Shown in pieces: positions 16,465 through 23,823 of a stretch of DNA of 58,075 nt. This stretch comes from a bacterium (GTDB taxonomy: Bacteria; Omnitrophota; Gorgyraeia; Duberdicusellales; 4484-171): the NCBI GenBank assembly GCA_021796115.1, contig JAJYOP010000008.1, positions 1 to 58,075 of the forward strand, given 5' to 3'. A program made the position numbers and the translations under genes. Under the pieces are notes generated by a model that was not told the origin of the DNA, ran no database searches, and saw nothing but the letters and a program-made list of their open reading frames with translations. Each line of letters begins with the position of its first letter. The stretch's first letter is position 1.

Positions 16465-16492
16465 TATAGGTGCATAAAAAGGAGGAGACCAT

Positions 16493-16729
16493 ATGCCTTA
16501 TGACGCAAGTCTTGATGAAAAATTGTTTTCTAAGTCGTACGAAACCGAAAACCAACGTTTGGACATCAGTGTTTATGCATACAACAAGGGCCAAAAGAAA
16601 TTGCAGATTACCAGGGAAAACAAAGACAGCCACGGAGAATTTCAGTTTACTAAATTAGGCAGAATGACGAAGGACGAAGTCGTGGGGATTCTTCCTTTGA
16701 TACAGGAAGCGCTTAAGGTGATGGAATAA
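16493..16729 (+). CDS. 78-aa hypothetical protein (weak resemblance to YdbC/PC4-like ssDNA-binding proteins)
   Basis: SD AAGGAGG, then 7 nt, then ATG. Compact basic/acidic beta-rich sequence. The family call is recall only. Confidence 0.5.
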   Translation: MPYDASLDEKLFSKSYETENQRLDISVYAYNKGQKKLQITRENKDSHGEFQFTKLGRMTKDEVVGILPLIQEALKVME

Positions 16730-16788
16730 TTCGGCTACGCAAATTTTCGGCGTTCCTTCCAGTCGTTTGAAAATTTGCTGCCCCATTA
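16726..16788 (+). repeat. E-module repeat, copy E2
   Basis: ATAATTCGGCTACGCAAATTTTC...GAAAATTTGCTGCCCCATTAG. 10-bp stem at 16739-16748 / 16769-16778. Overlaps the stop codon of the upstream gene. Confidence 0.8.
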
Positions 16789-16796
16789 GGAGAAAA

Positions 16797-17150
16797 ATGA
16801 TACGATGCAGGATTTGTAAAGTTCCCCTGGTTGGTTTTTTAAGCGCAATAGGAAAAGCCTTTTTTAATATAAGACGTTCAACCGTAGATCCGGAAATTTG
16901 TAATAAATGTGCGGCAAAGGCAGGGGATAGTGGCAGAAAAAATAAAAATATAATAACCGACGATAAAAGCTACCAATGCCAGATTTGTGCAAGGATTATT
17001 CATTCAAACCACGCTATAGAACATATTAAAGCAGAAGAATACCTCATCAATCTTATCAGGAAAAACCACCCCAAGTGGCAGCACAAAGAGCCAACCTGTC
17101 CAGAATGCCTCGAATATTACCGCAAATTAATTAAAGACGCAGAGATTTAA
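16797..17150 (+). CDS. Cys-rich (4 x CxxC) putative zinc-binding protein
   Basis: CRIC, CNKC, CQIC and CPEC pairs. SD AGGAG, then 5 nt, then ATG 16797. The ORF-track TTG 16767 lies in the E2 hairpin. Confidence 0.55.
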   Translation: MIRCRICKVPLVGFLSAIGKAFFNIRRSTVDPEICNKCAAKAGDSGRKNKNIITDDKSYQCQICARIIHSNHAIEHIKAEEYLINLIRKNHPKWQHKEPTCPECLEYYRKLIKDAEI

Positions 17151-17205
17151 ACTCTAAACTCGCCCGCCACCGTAATATTTTATTCGAGTTTAGTGTTTAG
17201 AGTTT
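17149..17205 (+). repeat. Family C repeat, copy C1 (deletion derivative)
   Basis: 17149-17184 is identical (36/36) to 56364-56399. 17186-17205 is identical (20/20) to 56441-56460. Confidence 0.9.
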
Positions 17206-17230
17206 AAATAGGTTGGAGAAAATTGGCTGG

Positions 17231-17284
17231 AAATGAAAAGAGGGTAGAAAGGGGAACGGCTTTCCTTTCTACCCTCTATAATTT
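17231..17284 (-). terminator. Rho-independent terminator of the RRM gene (hairpin usable on both strands)
   Basis: 14-bp stem AGAGGGTAGAAAGG / CCTTTCTACCCTCT (17239-17252 / 17264-17277). The minus strand continues with TTTCATTT. Confidence 0.75.
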
Positions 17285-17608
17285 TTACTTTCTGAACCCG
17301 CCGCCGTAGCCTCCATGGCCACCACCGCCGAAACCGCCTTCTTTACGCGGACGCATTTTCTGGGCTTTGCTTACTCTTAACGCTCTGCCGTTTAATTCCT
17401 GACCGTTAAGAGCATCTATAGCAGCTTGTGCCTGCTCTGGTGTGTCAAACTCCGCAAATCCAAAGCCTTTGGACCTGCCGGAGAATTTGTCGGTTATTAT
17501 TTTAACTTCCTTTACGGTAAGTCCTTTTTCTTCCATGAATTTTTTTAGATCAGCATCTGTGACACCAAACTCCAAATTTCCGATGTACAATTTTTTTTCC
17601 TCTTCCAT
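17285..17608 (-). CDS. RRM-type RNA-binding protein with a Gly-rich tail
   Basis: RNP2 LYIGNL and RNP1 KGFGFAEF motifs. C-terminal GGFGGGGHGGYGGGF. Confidence 0.9.
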   Translation of the reverse strand: MEEEKKLYIGNLEFGVTDADLKKFMEEKGLTVKEVKIITDKFSGRSKGFGFAEFDTPEQAQAAIDALNGQELNGRALRVSKAQKMRPRKEGGFGGGGHGGYGGGFRK

Positions 17609-17810
17609 GTTTTGGTTCTCCTTTAGTAAACTTTACATTTACCAATTACTTACCTGTCCCGCCTGCATTTATTCGGCGGGATCCCACCTTCGGTGGGACT
17701 TTCTTCTGCAGGTTTTTGCTCCGTAACCTTCTCCCATTGCTCTTTATAAGATGTAGAGCGTCATCTTATAGAGGGCTTTTACGCATACCTTTCTCCCTCC
17801 TTTTTTCCTT

Positions 17811-17838
17811 CCTGTCCTTGCGGCAGGCAGGCTTTTTT
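17811..17838 (+). terminator. Plus-strand terminator-like hairpin plus T6 (antisense to the RRM leader)
   Basis: CCTGTC/GGCAGG stem with one G-U pair, followed by CTTTTTT. Confidence 0.35.
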
Positions 17839-17847
17839 GAGATGGTT

Positions 17848-17856
17848 TGGTATAAT
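17848..17856 (+). promoter_or_regulatory. Extended -10 TGGTATAAT pointing toward the IS and the NYN gene
   Basis: TGnTATAAT match. Now separated from the NYN gene by the 1.4-kb IS. Confidence 0.35.
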
Positions 17857-17880
17857 GCTGCCGTTCCCGAAAACCACTTA

Positions 17881-17908
17881 ATTCTATCACTTTTTATTGA
17901 CTTTTCAA
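17881..17908 (-). promoter_or_regulatory. Promoter TTGAAA-16-TAGAAT for the RRM gene
   Basis: Reverse complement of ATTCTATCACTTTTTATTGACTTTTCAA. The -35 abuts the IS target duplication. Confidence 0.5.
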
Positions 17909-17923
17909 GGAAATTTTAGGGTC
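17909..17923. repeat. Left 15-bp target-site duplication GGAAATTTTAGGGTC
   Basis: Identical 15-mer at 19330-19344, directly flanking the IS inverted repeats. Confidence 0.85.
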
Positions 17924-19329
17924 TGTGATTTAACTTTTAAAAGTGGACTTTTTTAAGCCATTTAAAGTTTAAAAGTGGACTTTTAAAAAGAGCGAAAAAA
18001 CCGTAAATTACCTCTTTTATAAACAAGGAGGTAAATTTATGGAACAGCTGCACAAAAGGTTTACAGATGAACAAATCAAAGAGTTTATGAGACGCTACCT
18101 GAACAAAGAGCTTAAGCGGCCTTATCTTCTTGAAATATTAGGCATCAAGAAGAGCCGCTTTGCTGTTTTAGTCAAAGAATACAGCAGTAACCCGGACAAA
18201 TTTACTATTTCCTACCAGCGGAAGGCAGCGACCAGGAAAATTGCTCCTGCTATTGAGCAAAATATCTTAAAAGAGCTTAAAACCGAAAAGGCGCTTATCA
18301 GCGATAAGTCTATTCCGATAGATTTTTATAATTATAGCTTCATTAAAAGCCAGATAGAATTAAAACATAAGCAAAGCGTATCTTTGCCGACTATTATCAA
18401 GCGGGCGAGAGAACACGGTTTTTACATCAAGAAGCCCGCACATAAACCGCATACGCGGGAAGTCATAACTAATTATACCGGAGAATTGATCCAGCATGAT
18501 ACCTCTATGCACAGATTCTCGCCTTATATCAAAGATTTTTGGTATATGATTACGTCTTTGGATGATTTCAGCCGGTTCATTCTTTATGCTATTTTGCTAA
18601 AGTTTGAATCGAACTGGGCCCATATTAAGGCCTTGGAATCTACGTTTTTACGCTATGGTCTTCCAATGTCTTACTATGTAGACAACCATTCAATATTTAG
18701 ATTTGTCAGAAAACGCGATGAAATATGGTATAGGCATAATAAAACTACCGATGAGGCAACACCCCAATGGAAGCACGTTCTTAACGACTGTAAGGTTAAG
18801 GTTATCTACGCTCTCTCCCCTCAAGCTAAGGGCAAGGTTGAGAGGCCTTACCGCTGGCTGCAGGATCATATTGTCCGGCTCTGCGCCAGGGATAACGTAA
18901 CCGATATACGAACTGCAAGAAAAATATTAGCTCAAGAGGTCAACCAGTATAATTACCGGCGTATCCACTCAACTACCGGTGAGATACCTTATATTAGATT
19001 TCAAAAAGCGTTAAAAGAGCGGTCAATGTTTAGATCATTTATCGTTAATCCGCCATTTAAGTCTACCAAAGATATTTTTTGTCTGCGCTTTGACAGGATA
19101 GTTAACTCTTACAGCAAGGTATCGCTCAACAACTTTGAATTTAGAATCAAAGCGCCTATAGGTTCAACTGTTACATTACGTATTTGCCCAAACGAAACTA
19201 CCGACCTATCGGAAGTTCGCTTCTGGCACAAAAATAACTTAATTGACGTACAAAGAGCTAAAAGTAGCGACCTGCAACTTGAGTCCACTTTTAAAACTTA
19301 AAGAGTCCACTTTTAAAATTTAGCTAACA
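17924..19329 (+). mobile_element. Intact 1406-bp insertion sequence, single DDE (rve) transposase, TGT termini (IS481-like by these criteria)
   Basis: 26-bp IRs match 22/26 (TGTGATTTAACTTTTAAAAGTGGACT versus TGTTAGCTAAATTTTAAAAGTGGACT). The 13-bp motif TTAAAAGTGGACT occurs twice at each end, and a 15-bp DR flanks the element. Confidence 0.85.
18039..19301 (+). CDS. DDE-type integrase/transposase (rve core)
   Basis: N-terminal HTH region; HDTSMH...SLDDFSRF...YVDNHSIF...PQAKGKVERPYRWLQD. SD AAGGAGG. The stop codon lies inside the right subterminal repeats. Confidence 0.85.
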   Translation: MEQLHKRFTDEQIKEFMRRYLNKELKRPYLLEILGIKKSRFAVLVKEYSSNPDKFTISYQRKAATRKIAPAIEQNILKELKTEKALISDKSIPIDFYNYSFIKSQIELKHKQSVSLPTIIKRAREHGFYIKKPAHKPHTREVITNYTGELIQHDTSMHRFSPYIKDFWYMITSLDDFSRFILYAILLKFESNWAHIKALESTFLRYGLPMSYYVDNHSIFRFVRKRDEIWYRHNKTTDEATPQWKHVLNDCKVKVIYALSPQAKGKVERPYRWLQDHIVRLCARDNVTDIRTARKILAQEVNQYNYRRIHSTTGEIPYIRFQKALKERSMFRSFIVNPPFKSTKDIFCLRFDRIVNSYSKVSLNNFEFRIKAPIGSTVTLRICPNETTDLSEVRFWHKNNLIDVQRAKSSDLQLESTFKT

Positions 19330-19344
19330 GGAAATTTTAGGGTC
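19330..19344. repeat. Right 15-bp target-site duplication
   Basis: GGAAATTTTAGGGTC, identical to 17909-17923. Confidence 0.85.
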
Positions 19345-19448
19345 CCGAAAACTTGACTTAGAGTAAAATGTATGGTAACTTATGCAACAATAAACATTTT
19401 TCTAAACACGCTTTAAAAGCCTGCTTTTATGGCAGACAGGGAGGAATC

Positions 19449-20000
19449 ATGGAACGTATAATGATTTTTATTGATGCCGAATATGTTGTTCAAAAAATAA
19501 GAGAATTAGGGGCAAGAATAAATGTTGGCCGTAAAGATATCGAATGGAAGAATATAATTAAATGGATAACCGGCCCACGCCGTCTGGTACGCTGCTATTA
19601 TTATTCCGCAGAGTTAAGCAAGGATGAAAATCCAAAAACCTATCACGAACAACAGGAACTTTTGAGGAAACTTAAAATAAGCATACCTTATTTTGAAATA
19701 CGCTTGGGCAGATTAGTGCGTGTTAAGAGCGACTGGGTTCAGAAAGGACTTGACGTAAAAATTGCCGTAGATATGTTTTCCAAAGCCGTTACCGACCAGT
19801 ATGATACAGCAGCGCTTGTTTCCGGAGATTCTGATTTTGTAGAGGTGATTAAAGAAATAAAAGAAATGTACGGCAAGCATGTAGAGTTGTATACCTTTGA
19901 TCTGGCGATAAATGATTCGCTTAAATTTGCTCCGGACAGGCACATGGCAATAGATGCTTCCTCCGCCAAAAAGTACCGTTTCTGGCCGGAATCAAAGTAG
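19449..20000 (+). CDS. NYN-domain (LabA/DUF88-like) protein
   Basis: IFIDAEYV...YYYSA...[11 protein letters not shown]...ALVSGDSDF pattern. SD GGGAGG, then 4 nt, then ATG 19449. Confidence 0.8.
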   Translation: MERIMIFIDAEYVVQKIRELGARINVGRKDIEWKNIIKWITGPRRLVRCYYYSAELSKDENPKTYHEQQELLRKLKISIPYFEIRLGRLVRVKSDWVQKGLDVKIAVDMFSKAVTDQYDTAALVSGDSDFVEVIKEIKEMYGKHVELYTFDLAINDSLKFAPDRHMAIDASSAKKYRFWPESK

Positions 20001-20028
20001 CAATTAAAAACTAAAATTAACCAAATAA

Positions 20029-20280
20029 ATGAAAATATTAATAATAGGCATTGCCGCAGGCGTTCTGACCACCGCTGCTTTTCTGCCGCAACTTGTCAGG
20101 GTGGTTAAGACAAAACACACCAAAGATTTGTCACTCTCTACTTTTTTATTATTTTCTTTGGGCGTATTTTTATGGCTCATTTATGGCATCCTGCTTAAAG
20201 AAATGCCCATAATTTTAGCCAACGGCCTAACTTTAATCTTTTCCGTGTTAATTCTTGCTATAAAAATAAAACACGGTTAG
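20029..20280 (+). CDS. SemiSWEET (PQ-loop) small sugar transporter
   Basis: 83 aa, 3 TM, AFLPQ motif in TM1. Confidence 0.75.
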   Translation: MKILIIGIAAGVLTTAAFLPQLVRVVKTKHTKDLSLSTFLLFSLGVFLWLIYGILLKEMPIILANGLTLIFSVLILAIKIKHG

Positions 20281-20311
20281 GTCTGTCTCTTCTAGACAAG
20301 CAGGGAGATTT

Positions 20312-21031
20312 ATGTTTCTTTATGGAAAAAATTCCGTAGCCGAACGCCTAAAGAAGAATCCTCGTACGGTAAAATCTGTTTTACTTGAAGAAGGTTTTTC
20401 TGATAGCCTCATTCAAGAATTGCTTAGTGCGCAAAAAATATCAATAAAGCGCATGCCAAAGGACAAGCTGGCGAAGCTTTTGCGTGTTTCTCATACTCAA
20501 GGAGTAGCTCTCGAAATAGAGAATTTTAAATACGAAGATTTCGATGCCCTGCTGGATGGGGAAAAAGGCAAAGAACGCGTGTTAATTTTCTTGGATAGGG
20601 TTTATGATCCCCAGAATCTCGGAGCAATTATCCGCTCAGCTGCCTGTTTCGGCGGTTTTGCCTTGGTTATACCGAAACACAAGGCCTGTGGTATTACGGA
20701 AACGGTTTTGCATGTGGCCCAGGGCGCGGAAAATTATATACCGGTCTCCATGGTAGCGAATATTTCCAACGCAATTATTAGTGCCAAGAAAAACGATTAT
20801 TGGATTGTAGGCGCAGTTTTAGGCAAAGGCGCAAAACCATTAGATACCGTTGATCTCCCTTTTCCTTTAGGGATTGTTCTCGGTTCAGAAGGCGAAGGAG
20901 TGCGTTACGGCGTAGATAAACATATAGACATAAAAGCGACAATTCCCATGCGTGAGGCAAATCTTAGCTATAATGTAAGCATTGCCTGTGCAATTTTTTG
21001 TTATGAAATAAATAAACAAAGGAAACAATGA
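20312..21031 (+). CDS. rlmB: TrmH/SpoU-family 23S rRNA 2'-O-methyltransferase (RlmB-like)
   Basis: N-terminal substrate-binding domain plus SpoU motifs (DPQNLGAIIRSA, LGSEGEG, SYNVSIA). Confidence 0.75.
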   Translation: MFLYGKNSVAERLKKNPRTVKSVLLEEGFSDSLIQELLSAQKISIKRMPKDKLAKLLRVSHTQGVALEIENFKYEDFDALLDGEKGKERVLIFLDRVYDPQNLGAIIRSAACFGGFALVIPKHKACGITETVLHVAQGAENYIPVSMVANISNAIISAKKNDYWIVGAVLGKGAKPLDTVDLPFPLGIVLGSEGEGVRYGVDKHIDIKATIPMREANLSYNVSIACAIFCYEINKQRKQ

Positions 21032-21612
21032 AAAACAAAGAGGCTAAAAAAATTATGCAATTTATTTCCGAAGCTGGAATGCTTAAGGCCGTTACGCGTT
21101 CCGGGTGGTCGGTACTCGGGATAAAAAATTCCGAAAGCGTTGCCGAACATTGCTTTCGCTGCGCGATAATCGGATATATACTTTCCGGTATGGAAAACGC
21201 ATCTAGTCAAAAGGTCATTTTAATGACGCTTTTGAATGATATTCATGAGGCGCGCATAACGGATTTACATAAGATGGCGCAATACTACATAAATACGCAA
21301 GATGCGGAAGATCGTTCTTACCTTGAACAGGTAAACAATCTTCCGGCGAGATTAAAAGATGAATTAATAAATTTGCACAGAGAATATCGCGGGCAAAAAA
21401 CAAAAGAAAGCATTATCTCAAGAGATGCAGATATTTTAGAGTGCCTGATTCAGGCGAAAGAATATTACGAACAGGGATTTGCTCAAGCGATAAAATTTAC
21501 CAAGAAAGCGCCGCAATTTCTTAAAACCAAAAGCGCAAAAAAAATTTGGCAGTTTGCAAAAAATAATAATATCACTGGCTGGTGGATGGCGCTAAGTGAA
21601 TTTAAACGCTGA
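21028..21612 (+). CDS. HD-domain phosphohydrolase (YfbR-like)
   Basis: ESVAEH...NDIHEARITD HD signature. ATGA overlap with the previous gene. Confidence 0.75.
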   Translation: MKNKEAKKIMQFISEAGMLKAVTRSGWSVLGIKNSESVAEHCFRCAIIGYILSGMENASSQKVILMTLLNDIHEARITDLHKMAQYYINTQDAEDRSYLEQVNNLPARLKDELINLHREYRGQKTKESIISRDADILECLIQAKEYYEQGFAQAIKFTKKAPQFLKTKSAKKIWQFAKNNNITGWWMALSEFKR

Positions 21613-21615
21613 TCT

Positions 21616-21723
21616 TAGGTTACGAATGTTGCGCAGATTAAAGACACTTATCTGTATTACGTCACACGTATCAGGTAAGACGTTTTAAAAAGACGTGATA
21701 CCTGTTACGTGCTACGTGTTACT
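21616..21723 (+). repeat. Family B' repeat (ACGTGATAC / CACGTA words), copy 1
   Basis: Shares CGTCACACGTAWCAGG and ACGTGATACMTGTTACGTG with 43161-43219. Arms are CACGTATCAGGT / ACCTGTTACGTG. Confidence 0.75.
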
Positions 21724-21759
21724 AAAATATGCATTTCATAACATAATAAGGATTAAATA

Positions 21760-22194
21760 ATGTTAAAAAAACTCAACAGCCAGAATTTTAAACCGTTCGG
21801 CCACATTATCCATCATCCCTACAAAGATACTCATGATAAAGATAAAAATCTTTTTCATATCGTACTGGAAGAACAAAATCCGGTGGGGTGGAGGATAGCT
21901 TATTTGATTGTCCGTGATAAAAGTATAAATAGATTAGAGCAGCATCCCGGAACATTTGAAAGTTTTGAGCCGGTATACGGAAAATTCCTGCTTTACGTAG
22001 CTAATGAAAAAAACCAAAAAGATATTTCCTGTTTTTATCTGGATAAACCCGTCATTCTCTATAAAGGAATATGGCATGGGGTTGTAACGCTTGATGCCGA
22101 AGCGGAAATCAAGATTACCGAAAATGCGAATGTGGAGTGTAATTACTGGGATCTTGGATTTTTACTTGATCAAACCCCGGGTAGCAGAGAGTAA
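21760..22194 (+). CDS. Ureidoglycolate lyase-like (cupin) family protein
   Basis: FKPFGHII...LEQHPGTFESFEPV...GIWHGVV pattern, from recall of the AllA family. Confidence 0.5.
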   Translation: MLKKLNSQNFKPFGHIIHHPYKDTHDKDKNLFHIVLEEQNPVGWRIAYLIVRDKSINRLEQHPGTFESFEPVYGKFLLYVANEKNQKDISCFYLDKPVILYKGIWHGVVTLDAEAEIKITENANVECNYWDLGFLLDQTPGSRE

Positions 22195-22223
22195 ATACTA
22201 AATCTTTAGCGCTAAACCAATAG

Positions 22224-22664
22224 CTAATCTACCGGCAAGCGAAACTTATCCAACAGATGATTGATCTGTTCGACTAATTTGTGGAATTTATCGGATTTTC
22301 GTATTTTAATATATCCGCCTTTTCTCCGGTCTTTTATATGTGCAGCTAATTCATAAACAATTCTGTCAAACGGGCCAACAATGCGGTGAGTTATCTTATA
22401 AGCAAAGATAAGTATTATCGCTATAATAAGTGGAGCAGTGAGTAACAAAATACCGGTTACGCGTTTGGCGGCAGGCATGATAATGGATGCGATTGCTTCC
22501 GGAAAACCCGCCTCTACCGACGTAATACCAAAAATCAAATAATAAAGGCAAACCGTGACTATTGTGGCCGGCAGCAACGCCGCCATAACTACCAGCATAA
22601 AAGTCTGGCGGTGCATCGGATTTGCAAAAAACTTTTTTCTGCGGTCTTTAAATTCTTTTTCCAT
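22224..22664 (-). CDS. Two-TM membrane protein with a HAMP-like C-terminal segment and no output domain
   Basis: Two hydrophobic helices, then ITHRIVGPFDRIVYEL...KFHKLVEQINHLLDK. Confidence 0.5.
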   Translation of the reverse strand: MEKEFKDRRKKFFANPMHRQTFMLVVMAALLPATIVTVCLYYLIFGITSVEAGFPEAIASIIMPAAKRVTGILLLTAPLIIAIILIFAYKITHRIVGPFDRIVYELAAHIKDRRKGGYIKIRKSDKFHKLVEQINHLLDKFRLPVD

Positions 22665-22698
22665 AATTATTCCTCGCTTAATTTACAGTTTATGGCCG

Positions 22699-23520
22699 TT
22701 ATTTGTAACCCACTTTTATATCCGTATATAATGCTTCGGCGCTGGACATGGTATTGTCGGTATTGGTCATTAGGGCAATGGCGCCAACCGCAGGTGGATT
22801 TGTGCCAAAGGCGCGCCGATAATCTTCATATATATTTCTCTCTTCAAAGGCCCATTCATCGTTTTTATTTTTTCCGGAGCGGGCGACAATCAATTTTATA
22901 TTTGCAAAATAAGGGCTGGTTATGATTTGGCCTTGCGGAAGATCTTCGCTCCAGATATATTCGATGCATTTTGTGTGGGGGAAAAACCAACTGGGGAATA
23001 TTACATATACTCTTGCCGCGTAATCGTCTTTTTCAAGCCACCCTTCCTTGCTTGTATTTACCGGCCTTTGCACTTTAATTGGTTCGATTTTCGGTTTTAA
23101 CTGCAATGCGAATAGAATTTTGTCCCATAAGGTTTCTTGTCCGATTTTTACGGCACCGCCACCTGAAGCTTTTTTTTCGGGAAATTTTATTACCTTCCAC
23201 TTCCAGCTCATCATTGGGTAACGTTTTGGGTCAAATCTTATTTTATAATAAAGCCCCGAAGAAGCATTGTTGCTTTTTGCCAGGAGTTGGCCGCCATTTT
23301 TGGTCAGTTCAACCGTATACGAGACCCGATTTTTAAATATTTTTTCCTGCCATTCCTGCAAAGCATTTTCTTTATCGAATTTAAAAATCTTTGGAAGGGT
23401 AGCGGCAAAAACTATAAAGCCTATCGCGATTAAGAACAGTATTGTTAAAAATATTTTTTTCTTTCTCATGCTCAATATTTTTAGCACGAATGCACGTTTG
23501 TCTTTGCGGCCGGCAGGCAT
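22699..23520 (-). CDS. DUF3047-like secreted or membrane-anchored protein
   Basis: Pattern MMSWKWKV...DDYAARVYVIF...IEYIW (recall). An alternative start at 23469 (MRKKKIF) gives a cleaner signal anchor. Confidence 0.55.
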   Translation of the reverse strand: MPAGRKDKRAFVLKILSMRKKKIFLTILFLIAIGFIVFAATLPKIFKFDKENALQEWQEKIFKNRVSYTVELTKNGGQLLAKSNNASSGLYYKIRFDPKRYPMMSWKWKVIKFPEKKASGGGAVKIGQETLWDKILFALQLKPKIEPIKVQRPVNTSKEGWLEKDDYAARVYVIFPSWFFPHTKCIEYIWSEDLPQGQIITSPYFANIKLIVARSGKNKNDEWAFEERNIYEDYRRAFGTNPPAVGAIALMTNTDNTMSSAEALYTDIKVGYK

Positions 23521-23627
23521 AGTTATGGATGTCGCGGATATATGTATCTGTTTGAATCCGCTGCAATCCGCCTGAATCCGTGTTGAAAATTTTAACTCGC
23601 TAAGAAAGTTCAGTCAAATCATTTATC

Positions 23628-23798
23628 AATTGGAAAAATCTGATATAATAATGAGGCAGCAAATTTTCAAGCGAATAAAATGAGCGCCGAAAATTTGCGT
23701 AGCCGAATAATGAAACTTGTCTTTTGGCGATAACAAAAAGGGTTAGTCGAATTATCCCCGAAGGGGATTCGCCCGAACGACCAAAGGGAGCGAGGGGG
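23628..23798 (-). repeat. Composite D+E repeat, copy DE2
   Basis: The reverse complement aligns with 13250-13438, lacking the 32-nt segment present at about 13336-13367. Hairpins at 23754-23768, 23720-23740 and 23659-23698. Confidence 0.8.
23641..23649 (+). promoter_or_regulatory. Extended -10 TGATATAAT created by the tail of repeat DE2
   Basis: The 9-mer is the reverse complement of the DE2 tail ATTATATCA. Faces the outer-membrane-like gene at 23824. Confidence 0.4.
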
Positions 23799-23823
23799 TA
23801 ATGAAGCACGAAAAGGAGCGCCA

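Larger units (their letters stand above)
17609..17880 (-). promoter_or_regulatory. Leader of about 270 nt for the RRM gene, with four strong hairpins
   Basis: Hairpins at 17658-17680, 17682-17698, 17740-17775 (14 bp) and 17811-17831. SD AGGAG lies 9 nt before the ATG. Confidence 0.55.

Noticed and set aside
17442-17919. Plus-strand ORFs 17442-17726 and 17716-17919.
   Set aside because: They overlap the RRM gene antisense and run through its hairpin-rich leader. They have no SD, a Ser/Phe/Leu-rich composition and no family resemblance.
19449-21031. NYN-domain gene near an rlmB-like gene, as an echo of the B. subtilis rlmB(yacO)-yacP(rae1) pair, or as a defence or toxin gene next to the IS.
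   Set aside because: The NYN protein has the LabA/DUF88-type pattern rather than the YacP/Rae1 type. The gene order differs and a SemiSWEET gene intervenes. No partner antitoxin or defence genes are adjacent.
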